In this document: piece by piece, positions 24,850 through 35,341 of the stretch
Position numbering within the stretch: position 1 is the first letter of the stretch
How the letters are laid out: every line of letters begins with the position of its first letter
Source of the DNA: Vicugna vicugna
Lineage: Eukaryota
Direction: 5' to 3'
Assembly (NCBI GenBank): GCA_013265495.1
Contig: MU057801.1
Location: 496,001 to 560,000 of the forward strand
DNA length: 64,000 nt
Made by a program: the position numbers and the translations under genes
Notes under the pieces: generated by a model
What the model was told of the DNA's origin: nothing
What the model saw: the letters and a program-made list of their open reading frames with translations, nothing else
Databases searched by the model: none

Positions 24850-25068
24850 CACAGGTTGGCAAATGAATGCCCATAATCTAGCCTTGAGCCGGATTCTGTA
24901 AATAAAGTTTTATTGGGTCACAGCCACGCCCACTCACTCACCTACTGTCTTTAGCTGCTTTCACCCCTAAGTGGCAAAGTTTACTCACCGAGGTAGAGAC
25001 TATTTGGCCCACAAAACCTAAAATCATTATTATTCGGCCCTTTGTAGAAAACGTTTACCAACCCCCGG
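24850..25068 (+). mobile_element. MER58A-like hAT-Charlie DNA transposon (MITE)
   Basis: GTAAATAAAGTTTTATTGG..CACAGCCACGCCCA..GGCCCACAAAACCTAAAAT..GGCCCTTTGTAGAAAA matches the recalled MER58A consensus; degenerate terminal inverted repeats. Confidence 0.8.
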
Positions 25069-25713
25069 GGCTGGACACTAAAATTGTGTGGTTTTACAGA
25101 TGGTGCAGATCTATAGAGATGTTTTCTAGATCGCCCACATTCCTGCCCTTGAGGACTTGGGAACTTGGTCCCTGTGAACACTGCTTTCTGCAGTGGTGTG
25201 TTGAGTGCCACCAGCCCCACGACTCAGCACACATAGTCATGAAGATGATGAGATGGAGTCCTGCTATTGTCACCAGTGTCACAGTCTCAGGCACCACTTT
25301 AAAAGCCCCCATCATTTAAAGGAAAATGTTCCATAAGTAGGGAGCTGCCTCCAAATGGTTTTAAAGATACTGTTCATGTCTGTCATGTCCGTTACAGCTG
25401 CTCTCAGGCAATACGTCCAGCTCCTAACCCACTAAGACATTTGCAGGGATTTCAGTGGAAGAAGCCGCTTGTCTCCTGGTTTAAATGTTGTTTCTTGCCT
25501 GCAACAATGGCTGCATTTACCACGTGAAGTAGCGAGCTTTCAGCCGAGTTGTAAGAGACTGCCGTTCTCATAGGTAAAATAAAGTTTAGTATCAACAAGT
25601 TTGTAAGGTTCAACCCAACATTTCAAGGACTTTTGGTAACTATCAGCTTAACAATTAATTAAAGATGGAAGATAACTTTAATTCAGCATTGATCAGTTTT
25701 AAAATTATTTAGG

Positions 25714-25932
25714 ATTAACAGACACCTACTACAATGTATAAAATAGGTAAATAACAAGGATCTATTGTATAGCAGAGGGAACTATATTAAACTTGCTATA
25801 AGCTATAATGGACAAGAATCTGAAAATATATGTATATATATGTATGTATGTGGATAACTGAATCACTTTGCTGTTCACCTGAAACTAACATTGTAAATCA
25901 ACTACACTTTAATAAAAAATAAAATTAAAAAA
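25714..25932 (+). mobile_element. Short L1 3'UTR fragment
   Basis: TATAAAATAGGTAAATAACAAGGA..GTATAGCAGAGGGAACTATA..CTGAAACTAACATTGTAAATCAACTA plus AATAAA/A tail; homologous to 3880-4060. Confidence 0.85.
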
Positions 25933-25962
25933 TTAAGTTATATAATTCAAAAGCCACAAGCA

Positions 25963-28900
25963 AGGGGGTGCCAAGATGGCGGAGCAGAAGGATGGCTAGC
26001 CCACCCCTCCCTCGAACACACCAAAAGACACATCTACAGACCCGCCCACTTGCCCAGAGCTCCTGCTAAATTTTGGCAGAACATTTCTTACTTCAAGAGA
26101 CAGGAAGATTCCTCACAACTTCTGGTAGGAGAGGGAGAGAAAGAAGAAGGGAAGGGAAGTCCGCGTGGGACCCATCCCGTGGGGAGCGAGCAGCAGTGGA
26201 GGAAAAGTGCTCTTATGCCGGGGTGCGCCTTCTCCAGTGGGGAGGTCAGCAGGGACCGGGGGAGCCTCCAAGGCTCGGATCTGTGCACAGCAGCCACTTG
26301 GCAGACGGAACTGAGAGAAACCAGCACACAGGCCCCCGCAGTCCCAGCCCCAGATGTGAGCTGGTGGGAGTGGGCCAGGGCTGGCTGCTGGAGCCTGGGG
26401 AGGGAGTCGGGGCCAACTGCACAGAGGCAGCCTCAGGGGACTGGAGTGTGCTGTGGGCTGTGGCCTGCCACATGCTGCAGATCAGAAACATTTCTGGAAG
26501 CCTCCATCCAACAAAAGGGAGCAGATTCAGCCCCCAGGTCAGGGCTGTGACAGCCGCAGGACAGAAAGGAGGCCCTGCTCAACATCCAGGGCAGGCTCTG
26601 ATCACCACAACACTGGCCACACCCCCAATCAATGGGGTAACAGCCAACACACATGGAGGAAAGAGGTGGCAACCATCCATACTAACAGCAACATTATTGG
26701 ATGCACAAGGTCAACACAGGGAGCTCCCACTTTAAATTAAAAAAAAAAAAACAGCCCTTCAAGGCCACAATAGGTGACTGATACTCCCAAATCCAAAGAG
26801 CCAGAGAGAGATAAGTGAAATGAAGAAGCAGAGGAGCCACTCCCAATTAAAAGAGCAAGAGAAGTCCCCTGGAAGGACGATCAATGAAAAAGACCTCAAA
26901 ATTCCACTAGATCATGACTTCAAAATGGGGTGATAAAAGCACTGAGGGAAATGAGACTATGAATAAAAGTGCAGAATACTATTGAAAGGAAATAGAAACC
27001 ATAAACAGGCGCCAATTAAAAACAGAAAACTCAATGGTTGAGAAAAGAGCTGAGCTAAGGCCGTCAAAAGCAGAGTCCATAATGCAGAGGAACGAATAAG
27101 TGACTTAGAAGACAGGATAAAGGAAGTCACTGAATTGGAATAACAGACAGAAAAGCAAGAGAAAACCAGTGAAAGCAATATAAGGGACCTATGGGTAATA
27201 CAAAGCGTGCCAAACCAGGCAGAAGGAGGAGAGAGAGAAAAGGGGGATGGAAAGGGATTTGAAGAAACCATGACTGAAACCTTCCCAAACCTAAAGAAGG
27301 AATCAGACAGCCAAGTACAGGAAGCCCAGAGGGTCCCCAACAAGAAGAACCCAGACAGGCCACACCAAGACACGTAATCAAGATGGCCAAGGCTAAAGAT
27401 ACAGAAATGATCCTAAAGGCAGCAAGAGAAAAACAGAGTGAGTTACAAGGGAGCCCCCATAAGGCTTTTGGCTGATTTCTCAGCGCAAACAATAAAGGGC
27501 AGAAGGGAGGGGCAAGATATATTCAAAGTCCTGAATAAGAAAAAGCTGCAACCTAGGATACTCTGTGCAGCAAGACTATCCTTTAGAACAGAAGGAGAGG
27601 GGAAGAACTTCACAGACAAGGAAAAACCAAAAGAATTCAGCGATACTAAACCCATGCTGAAAGAAACACGGAAAGGTCCACTGCAAGTAGGAAGAAGCAG
27701 AAAGCTATAGAAAAGAGGAAACCGCAACTGGAAACGTGGTCACTTCAGTGAGCAGCAAGAGGATAAACATGCAGGTGTAAAAGAGGACGTCGAGTCCAAA
27801 TCGTCAAAGGTGGGAGAGGGGAGCAAGGAAACACGTATGTTGTTCTTTTGTTGTTGTCGTTGTTGTTCTTTTTAACATGTGCTTGAGCCCTCACGATGAC
27901 CAGTTTAAAGCAAACAGGTACAGTAATGGGTTAATATACTTGAACGACACGGTAAGCACAAATCAGAACATACAAAAGAGTCGCAAAAACAGAAAAGAGA
28001 CCAAGCTAATACAGAAGAAAATTATCAAACCACAAAAAGAAAAAGAGGAAATACTAAATCAACTGGAAAACTAAGTTCAAAATGACAATAAACACACATC
28101 TATCAACAATTACTATACATGTCAATGGACGAAATGCCCCAATCAAAACACACAGAGTAGCAGACTGGATAATAGAACAAGAGCCTACAATATGCTGCTT
28201 ACAAGAGACCCACTTTTAGGTGAAGGACACACATAGATTGAAAGTGAGAGGATGAAGCAAAAATAAACAAATGGGACCTAATTAAACTTACAAGCTTTTG
28301 CACAGCAAAGAAAACCATAAGAAAAACAAAACAGCAACCTACGGAATGGGAGAAAATATTTGCAAAAGATGAGACTGACAATGGCTTGATCTCCAGAATA
28401 TATAAACAGCTCATATGACTTAATAACAAAAACAAGAAAAAAACAACAACCCAATCCAAAAAGGGGCAGGAGACCTGAACAAGCAATTCTCCAAGGAAAA
28501 TACACTAATGGCCAACAGGCACCAGAAAAAATGCTCAGTATCACTAATTATCAGGGAAATGCACAACAAAACTACAATGAGGTATCACTTCACTCCAGTT
28601 AGAATGGCCATCATTCAAAAGTCTACAAATAATAAATGCAGGAGAGGGTGTGGAGAAAAGGGAACCCTCCTACACTGCTGTTGGAAATGCAGTTTGGTGC
28701 AGCCACTGTGGAAAACAGTATGGAGATTTCTCAAAAGACTGAAAAATGAGTTACCATATGACCTAGCAATCCCACTTCTGGGCATGTATCCAGAAGGAAC
28801 CCTACTTCAAAAAGACACCTGCATCCCAATGTTCATGGCAGCAGTATTTACAATAGCCAAGACATGGAAACAGCCTAAATGTCCATCGACGGGATAAAGA

Positions 28901-29394
28901 AGTTGTGGTATATATATATACAATGGAATACTACTCTGCCATAAAAAAGAATAAAATAATGCCACTTGCAGCAACATGCCTGGACCTGGAGATCATCATT
29001 TTAAGTGAGGTAAGCCAGAAAGAGAAAGAAAAATACCATATGGTATCACTCATATGTGGAATCCAAAAAAAGAGAAAAGAAGACACTAATGAACTCATCT
29101 ACAAAACAGAAACAGACTTGCAGATACAGTAAACAATCTTATGGTAACCGGGGGAAAGGGTGTCAGAAGGGATCAATTTGGGAGTTCGAGATTTGCAAGT
29201 ATTAACTACTATACATGAAAACAGATAAAAAAAACAAATTTCTTCTGTACAGCACAGAGAGCTATATTCAATATATTTTAATGCCCTTTAATGGAAAAGT
29301 ACATGAAAATGAATATATGTCTGTGCATGCATGACTGGGACATGGTGCTGTACACCAGACATTGATGCCTCCTGACTATATGTCAAGGGAAAAA
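25963..29394 (+). mobile_element. LINE-1 with 5'UTR, ORF1, a large internal ORF2 deletion and 3'UTR, flanked by a 14-bp TSD
   Basis: Starts GGGGGTGCCAAGATGGCGG. ORF1 ATG at ~26820, ORF2 ATG at ~28082, jump at ~28254 to the ORF2 C-terminal region ([18 protein letters not shown]). TSD AAAAGCCACAAGCA (25949-25962) / AAAAGCCGCAAGCA (29395-29408). Confidence 0.93.
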
Positions 29395-29619
29395 AAAAGC
29401 CGCAAGCACCTTCGTGATGACGGTGGACCTCTCCGAACTGTGCAGACATCAACCATATGCATTTGGGGCATGCAGATCAGTGCTAAACAGGGAGAAGCCG
29501 CAGTCGGCCTCTTCCTGCCCTTTCCTAGGGTAGGTTTCCGAGACCATCTCTCAAGTGCCTCAGTTACGGCAACGACAGTGGAGAATGTGTTGTATTTCCC
29601 AGTATGTATTTTTCAGAGT

Positions 29620-29775
29620 CTCATTTCTCAACGAGTGGACCGTGGCCGGCAGCAGCCGCATCACCCTGGAGCTGGTCAGAAATGCAGACTCGCTGGCCCT
29701 GCCGGATCAGAATCTACGTTTTCACAAGCTCCCCAGGGGATCTGTGTGCCTGCTGGGGTTTAAGGTGCTCTGGTG
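29620..29775. mobile_element. MER5-like hAT DNA transposon remnant
   Basis: GCATCACCCTGGAGCTGGTCAGAAATGCAGACTC..ATCAGAATCTACGTTTTCACAAGCTCCCCAGGGGATCT. Confidence 0.65.
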
Positions 29776-29924
29776 GAGAGTTCAGGTCCTAATTACACAG
29801 AGAATGTTGCCACGGGTGGCTGCCAACAGTCAGCGTGTCCCGGGAGGAGCTGATGGCATGAAGTCTGAACCAGAGGCCGCTAACTCCAACTAACGGTGAA
29901 CTTGTGACAACAGCACGAGCTAAA

Positions 29925-30080
29925 ATTCATTGAGCTCCGATTACTGACTTGGTCTAAGGCTTCGACACGAGTTACCCACTGATTCCCCAGAATCACTCTG
30001 TGAGGCTGTACTGATACCCCCACGTCACAGACGGGGGAAGGGAGGCCCTAAGAAGTGACATGGCCAGTCAGTGGGGACGT
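29925..30080 (-). mobile_element. MIR SINE remnant
   Basis: Degenerate MIR core (..CTCTGTGAGG..CCCCCACGTCACAGACGGGGGAAGGGAGGCCC..). Confidence 0.5.
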
Positions 30081-31299
30081 TTAGTTGAGAGCAAGAGATG
30101 AACCCCCAGGAAGGGGGGCAGATGTGCCCGTGGGGGAGAATTCAAACGCAGGGTGAAACGCCAAGAGTCCTGACTCCGCCTCCCTGTCAAGGGGCCCTGA
30201 CAGCTTGAGGACATACACGGCTAGAAGCCCAATCATGGAAACAACTGATTTGTGTTTTGGCCAATTGACTCCAAAATAAAAAGCCTGAAAACTGCATGCA
30301 GGTGAGAGAGAGGGGAGCTCGTGTGTCATCATTTCAAGGCATCTCCTGTCTCATGCGTTGGAGAAACGTCTTATTTCTACACTGCCCGCCCTGCAAACTC
30401 GAATCATCGATACCCCCGAGGAACAGGCTAATTCAGCGCGCGCGCGGCTGCGACGAGGCCCTCGCACGGTGTGAGCGCAGTGCCGGCCTCGTAGATGCGG
30501 GGCCATTTTCGCTTTGCTTCAGCATCGCCGAGAGCTGGCGTGCCCCAGCCGTCTTCCGTCGGCCCTCTGCCTCCACGCGGGTTCTAGAAGCACTTGGTTG
30601 TGGAAACCACTTACTATTCTGCACCTGCAGGCAAGTTAACAGGCCATCCCAGAACCATGGCAACCGGCCAGAGCGCGAGAAGGAAAAATCCCTGAGCACC
30701 GGCCGGGAGGTGTCCCTGCTCAGCCGCCGCCAAGGGCGACACCCAGCCTGGGGGAAGTGGGGCCCGTCACACAACCTGAATCTGAGACTCACCGTCAAGT
30801 CACTTTGAAGAAAACGTTTCAATAAGAAATGTAATTCTGTACCTCCCGGAGACTGCCAGCGCCGGGGCTTCCGCGTGCTGGGCTCTGGTCGCGCTGGCAG
30901 GCCCTGCCCTCCAGCCCCCTCTCCGAGCTGGCCGAGGTGAAGGACAGCACCGGGATGCGAGCTGCAGTTGGACTTGCCTGGCAGGGTGATGTGGGTGTTG
31001 TTCCTGGCTCTTTTAGCCCCAGGGTCCGAGGGAGCACAGTCTGCGAGGGAGCCCAGAGCCTCTAATAAATTATTTATTTCCCTCAACTGGCCAGCGTGGG
31101 GCCGGCCATCTGCAGCCAAGCACCGCCCATGCGCTGTGAGACTGAGTTATTTGGGTCAAGGGCTGGTGAGAACTCCCTCATCGTGGCTATTCTGAGTTCT
31201 ATGAAGTCCGTCAGCTGATGTCCACCAGCTCCATCCACCAATGTGCGACAACACCCACTGTAAATTTTACATAATGTTAATGGCCCTGGCGCAGGTTTT

Positions 31300-31790
31300 T
31301 AAGACATTCTGCAAACTCTGACAACCTTCCAATGGGAGGTGGCATGCGTGTCCCTCCCTTGAAAGTGAGCGGACTGCTTCCTCGAGTAAAACGCAGCGAG
31401 AGTGACGCTGCGTGACTTCTGAGACCAGGCGGGGAAAGGCCCGGCCGCTCCTCCTTGGTTCCTCTTGGGGCTCAGACACCGTGCCGTGGGGAAGCCCAGG
31501 CTGCCCACAGGGGCCACACGTAGGTGCAGGGCTGACAGCCCAAGATGAGATTCCAGTCAACGGCCAGGATCGACCCCAGACACACAGGAAGGAGGTGAAG
31601 CCCTGAGACGACTCTGGCCCCCCCACTGCCTCAGAGCCCCCCCCCCACTGTCTTGGGGCACCTGCATAGGAGAGCCCGGGGGTCGGGGAGAGCCAAGTGG
31701 GCCTCGTCATCCCAGAAACATGAGACTAATGAAGTGACTGTTGTTTAAAGTCGCTGTGTTTTGGGGTGGTTTGTTAGGTGCAGCAGGTCC
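31300..31790 (+). mobile_element. MLT1-type (ERVL-MaLR) solo LTR
   Basis: CCCTCCCTTGAAAGTGAGCGGACTG..GAGTGACGCTGCGTGACTTCTGAG..TGTTGTTTAAAGTCGCTGTGTTTTGGGGTGGTTTGTTAGGTGCAGCA, typical of MLT1 ends. Confidence 0.7.
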
Positions 31791-34700
31791 CTGGAAGACA
31801 CCGTTTTCAGAGCGCTGTCTGGTTTCCAGAGTGCTTGAATGTGAATTTCTCTCTGTGGTCTTCCCATTAACGCTGTGTGGAAAAACTCAAGTTCACTAAT
31901 CTGGGTATGAGAACAACGCCTGCGAATGGTGAGGGCCGGGCTCGCCGTCCGAGACTCAGAGGTCAGAACCCAGGCCCCTGGCTCCAGGCACAGCACTTCT
32001 TCCTCCAGGTGAGGTGGTCCAGGCCCTCGGAATGGGTTTCTCGTCATCTCACGCATCACACCACTGAAAGCACCATCAGAACGTGCTGCCATTCGCAAGT
32101 GCCTTCTGGACACGAGGCCACGCGCCACATCCCAGTTAGCACAACTGCGGACAGAGGTTCTGGGGCGGGTCCCTCGTGAAGTTGCCATTGGATGTCGGCT
32201 GGGGCTGTGGGCCAGTGAGGGCTGGACGGACTGGGGGATCCACTCCCAGAAGGGCCCCGCCCATGTGGTCGGGCTGCCCCGCCCTCTTGGGGTCCTCACC
32301 TCACCTCGCCGTTCTCCGGAGCAAGCCATCCAGGAGGCCACGGTGGGAGGAGCAGTACTGCTACGACTCATGTTGGAAGACACACACCATCGCTGTGCCA
32401 TGCCTTCTTTGTCCCACTGGTCCTCTGTGACTCAGTGAGGGAGAGGCCCCGTCAGGGTGTGAACACCGGGGTGGCGATCCCTGGGGCCAACCGGGAGGCC
32501 AGCATTCCGTCCACACGACAGCCCTAATCCACAGGCGAGCAGAGAGGGGTCAGGGAGAACGCGACTTGGGGCTGGAGGCCGGGTGGGGAGGGTGCGGCTG
32601 GAATCGGAAGCAGGGCTGTCTGACCCCCGGGCCACGGTCCTCTCCGTCTACAATCCAAGGTGAACTCAGGTGTGTTCTGATGCGTATATACATTAGTATT
32701 TTCAGAAAATTTCTTCCAAATCAGGAAATTCCTTGGCATGCAGTTACGGTAAGGGACACGGGCCATGGGGTGGGCCAGCTGACTGGAGGCCTGACTTTCC
32801 TCGTCTATAACTGCCTCATTTCATTGCGGCTGGAATTCTGCCTTGTACCTGGGTGCCCCCCTTGACAACAGTGTTTCCTTTTCTTAAGCTGATGGGTAAC
32901 TTACTGAGTTTCCTCCTGCAAACACAGGAACACATGAATTTTGGCTTCCCTCTTTTTATAGACCCTGAAAACTGATGTTACAGAATTCTAAAACGACCAA
33001 ATAGTCTATTAGGGCTAAAACTGCATCTTCTTTCCTTTATTTTTTCATACCTTACATTTTTTACTTGAAAAAGTAGCAAACACTAAGAGCTAACTATGAA
33101 AAAGAGTGTTTTGCTACAAACTTAGTTACATAAATGCTCATAAAAATTGAGAAGGAAAACATGAAGATCATTACAGATCAGCAGGGGAGATGAACACCCA
33201 GTTCACAAGTACCCACCTAGAGCTGGTAACGAAACATGAGGAAAATACTTGGCTCCCCTAAAAATCAACACGAAGCTAAACATAAAAGAATTTTAAAAAA
33301 TTCACAAAGAAATCACGCCTACTTTCTGCCGTGGTGATTTCGCGTTTGGGAATTTATCTTGCAGAAGTAAAGGCAGCTGTGTGTCAGCTAGACGGTGAGA
33401 CGGTACCGATCACGGGTGCCCTTGTTTTAAGAAACACTGGAAACCACCCGCATGTCCACAGACGTTTAAGAAAGTTACATCTACATAAAGAATAATACGC
33501 AATGATTAAAAAGGACAAGTCAAGGGAGGGATGCCCAAGGCATCTCGTGAGGTTTACAGAGGAAGTTACAGAGTGACGTGTGTTGTCTGCTGCTGCTTCT
33601 GTTAAAAAGGAAAGGCTGTATCTTTGTGTGAGTTTGCATTAATCTGCAGAAAATCTGCCAGTGACCAGGGGCTGGAAGCGGGGCAGGTCAGTCATTTGAG
33701 AAGGGGAAAAACGCACAGAGCACAAAGTGGGAAGTACAAATCACTACATGGGCTACTTCATTAAAAATCTCAGTAGTGATCAGTAAATCAATCTTATTGA
33801 TTAAGAAAAGCTCGTTTTGCATTTTCTTCCCGGCACCTGCCCTCTCCTCCAGCTCCAGGTCTTCACTCTTCCTGGTGCCCAAGATGAAGATGCCAAGACC
33901 TCCCTGAAGGAAGCGACCAAAGTAGCTGCTTCCTGTGGGCCTGCAATCGCCCACCAGCGAGGAAGATGAGGTGGTCTTGTTTAAAGGGCAGAGGGGGTGA
34001 TGCTGTTAACGCGCAGCCCTGGCTGCTTCCAGGTGCCCGAGAGAGGACGCTGCGGCGCGGCGCCCGCTCGGGGGAGGGCGGGAGGGCGGTCTGCTGGGCG
34101 GCCCCCTGCCTGCGCTTAGCCCAGCGGCCATTTCTGGGGGAATATTGATCCAAGTACTCACCTCTGCCGGCCCAGCCGCAGAACGCAGTCCCTGAGTATT
34201 CACAGAAAAAAAAGCTTTTCTTTGCCAGGCTATTTTCTGAAGTCAGAAAGGTCCTTTCAGGAGCTGTAATAGCAGGCCTCTTGCCACTTCACGCCCACAG
34301 TGAGACCACTTCCACTTTTCAGCCCCTCCCTCCCCCGACCCTGCTGTCAAGGTGGAAGCCGGCAGGTGTGACCTCTTTATGTAAAAGTTTCTCTGTAAAC
34401 TCAACCAGCGTCCTGCTGGAGGGGGAGGTGGGACGTACGAGTGGAAGGCTGAAAATCACACCTGGGCACATGGGGACAGCATTCTTGTTCCAGAGGATTT
34501 ATTCATTTATCCTTTATTTCCTAAAATAATGTTTTAAATAGAATTTTGATCACATACACAATGTCATCTGGTATTTGAAATGGGAATATTTTGGTTTCAA
34601 TGTCCAAAAAAGGAATCCAGTCAGTGTTTTCCACATCTGACATGGTAAAGGAGGATGCTGACTTCCTAATTTCTCCCTTGTAAGAGGCAGAATCTTCCAG

Positions 34701-34981
34701 ACAAGTATCTCTTCACATGAAAACTGGTTGTAAACGCTCACCCCTTCATCTCTTCCAGTTTAACTCAGGATAGTGGAGACTTAGGGATTAAAAGTATTCT
34801 TAATTTAAAATGTTAACAACAAAAAGGAAGCCAGCTCCAATTCCAGAAAATTCTTTTATAATTCTCCAAAAGATTATCATTTCAGAGTTCCTGCTCCTTT
34901 CGTGGCTGCTGTTAGATTGTTCTGGTGTGCACGTCTGAGAACACTTGATTTGGGGCAGAGACTAGTATTTAAAATGGGAGA

Positions 34982-35058
34982 GGGGAGGGTGTAGCTCAAG
35001 TGGTAAAGCACATGCCTAGCATGCATGATGTTCTGGGTTCAATCCCCAGCACCTCCTC

Positions 35059-35111
<53 letters not shown>

Positions 35112-35190
35112 ACCTAAGTACCCCCCAANNNNNNNNNNNNNNNNNNNTACCCCCCAACTAAAAAAAAAAAAAAAAAAAGGGAAAAAAAAA
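34982..35190 (+). mobile_element. tRNA-derived SINE (vic-1-like, camelid) with (TAAA)n tail, interrupted by a small gap
   Basis: A box GTAGCTCAAGTGG, B box GGTTCAATCCC, (TAAA) repeats at ~35064-35112, then CCTAAGTACCCCCC and poly(A). Confidence 0.85.
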
Positions 35191-35215
35191 GATTAAAAAA
35201 CAGGTTACCTAAAAT

Positions 35216-35341
35216 GGGAGGAAGGAGAATCGCTCAGTGCTAGAGTACATGCTTAGTGTGCGCGAGGTCCTGCCTGGGTTCAATACCCAGCACCTCCGTT
35301 AAAAAATAAAATAAATAAAAATAAAATGAAATAAAATAAAA
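35216..35341 (+). mobile_element. Second tRNA-derived SINE of the same family, in tandem
   Basis: GCTCAGTGCTAGAGTACATGCTTAG..GGGTTCAATACCCAGCACCTCC followed by an (AAAAT)n tail. Confidence 0.8.

Noticed and set aside
34982..35060. tRNA-like sequence with A and B boxes
   Set aside because: A SINE head with A-rich tail and diverged copies elsewhere in the window, not a functional tRNA gene.
35119..35157. TACCCCCCAA repeated on both sides of a 19-N gap
   Set aside because: Most likely an unmerged contig overlap, not a real duplication.
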